Positions 62,965-64,000 of a DNA stretch of 64,000 nt are shown one piece after another. Position 1 is the stretch's first letter; each line of letters starts with the position of its first letter. Position numbers and translations under genes: made by a program. Where the stretch lies: assembly GCA_964016885.1 (NCBI GenBank), contig OZ024757.1:43214001-43278000 (forward strand). The letters are read 5' to 3'. The stretch is from Eledone cirrhosa. Taxonomy: Eukaryota. The notes beneath the pieces are model-generated. The model was not told where the DNA came from. It searched no databases and was given only the letters and a program-made list of their open reading frames with translations.

Positions 62965-64000
62965 CCGGACCGTACTGCACATGCGTCAAGAACGTCGGAC
63001 CGTAGTGCGCATGCGCCAAGGCCTCCGAACCGTAGTGCGCATGCGCCAACGCCGCCGGACCGTAGTGCGCATGCGCCAAGGCCGCCGGACCGTAGTGCGC
63101 ATGCGCCAAGGCCGCCAGACCATAGTGCGCATGCGCCAAGGCCGCCGGGCCGTACTGCGCATGCGCCAAGGCCGCCGGACCGTAGTGCGCATGCGCCAAT
63201 GCTGCCAGACCGTAGTGCGCATGCACCAAAGCTGCCGGACCGTAGTGCGCATGCGCCAAGGCCGCCGGACCGTTGTGCGCATGCGCCAAGGCCACTGGAC
63301 CGTACTGTGCATGCGCCAAGGCCACCAGAACGTAGTGCGCACGCGCCAAGGCCATCGGACCGTAGTGCGCATGCGCCAAGTCTGCCAGACCGTAGTGCGC
63401 ATGCGCCAATGCTGCCACACCGTAGTGCGCATGCACCAAAGCCGCCGGACCGTAGTGCGCAGGCGCCAAGGCCGCCGAGCCGTAGTGTGCATGCGCCAAG
63501 GCCGCCGGACCGTTGTGCGCATGCGCAAAGACCGCTGACCCTTAGTGCGCATGCGCCATGGCCGCCGGACCTTACTACGCATGCGCTAAGGCCGCCGGAC
63601 CTCACTGCGCATGCGCCAAGGCCACTGGACTGTACTGCGCATGCGCCAAGGCCACCAGGACGTAGTGCGCATGCGCCAAGGCCACCAGGACGTAGTGCGC
63701 ATGCGCCAAGGCCATCGGACCGTAGTGCGCATGCGCCAAGTCTGCCAGATCGTAGTGCGCATGCGCCAAAGCCACCGGACCGTACTGCGCATGTGCCAAG
63801 GCCACCGGAACGTAGTGCGCATGCGGCAAGGTCGCCGGACCGTAGTGCGCATGCGCCAAGACCGCCGGACCGTAGTGCGCGTGCGCCAAGGCCGCCAGAC
63901 CGTAGTGCGCATGCGCCAAGGTCGCCGGGCCGTACTGCGCATGCGCCAAGGCCGCCGGGCTGTAGTGCGCATGCTCCAATGCTGCTAGACCGTAGTGCGC

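Larger units (their letters stand above)
1..64000. repeat. 30-bp GC-rich satellite array with palindromic GCGCATGCGC core, in alternating orientations
   Basis: Monomers align in 30-bp register throughout the window. F consensus GGCCTTGGCGCATGCGCACTACGGTCCGGC; R consensus GCCGGACCGTAGTGCGCATGCGCCAAGGCC. Interrupted only by AT-rich spacers. Runs off both window edges. Confidence 0.99.
59420..64000. repeat. Large inverted repeat (arms about 59.4-61.0 kb and 62.3-64.0 kb)
   Basis: Spacer 60386-60640 is mirrored by 62700-62964. ctagcagcattggag (about 59420) is mirrored by ctccaatgctgctag (about 63974). The B-arm landmark order is reversed. Confidence 0.87.

Noticed and set aside
1-64000. CRISPR-like pattern (palindromic constant core plus variable intervening bases)
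   Set aside because: The intervening 20 bp are point variants of one consensus rather than unique spacers, the constant part is too short, and there are no cas genes.
1-64000. Baculovirus hr-like 30-bp palindromes or plasmid iteron/AT-rich origin
   Set aside because: Only the central 10 bp is palindromic, there are no viral or Rep genes, and the scale is far beyond known hrs or iteron arrays.
1-64000. Autonomous transposon
   Set aside because: No transposase, reverse transcriptase or helicase coding sequence, and no unique flanks in which to define termini. A foldback/MITE origin remains only a hypothesis.
1-64000. Whole region as a sequencing or assembly artefact (fold-back chimeras)
   Set aside because: Junctions J1 and J2 recur in many copies with nested private variants, and inverted arms differ from their neighbours. 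Exact copy number and singleton junctions still need read validation.

Overview
The whole 64 kb is one non-coding, GC-rich satellite. I find no supportable protein-coding gene, RNA gene or CRISPR array. The long ORFs arise because the 30-bp monomer is a multiple of 3 and has a stop codon in only one of six frames. The monomer (consensus GGCCTTGGCGCATGCGCACTACGGTCCGGC, called F; its reverse complement is called R) carries a palindromic GCGCATGCGC core and occurs roughly 2,000 times (estimated from length). The array is not a simple head-to-tail satellite. It switches orientation more than 40 times and is built from a higher-order unit: F-array, 265-bp AT-rich spacer, R-array. There are 17 near-full spacers and 2 mini-spacers. 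Every spacer lies at an F-to-R switch and none at an R-to-F switch. The spacer is a degenerate ~10-bp-periodic TTTTAGYCA repeat and comes in two haplotypes, A and B. The terminal 6-bp direct repeats co-vary with haplotype (GATGAA at both ends in A, GATGAC at both ends in B). Most spacer-less orientation switches are fold-back palindromes with 0-1 nt loops. The centre (about 6-51 kb) is made of near-identical multi-kb duplications, and both ends contain kb-scale inverted repeats and more rearranged units. Monomer variants look dominated by CpG transitions, which suggests methylated eukaryotic DNA. The host organism cannot be determined from the sequence.
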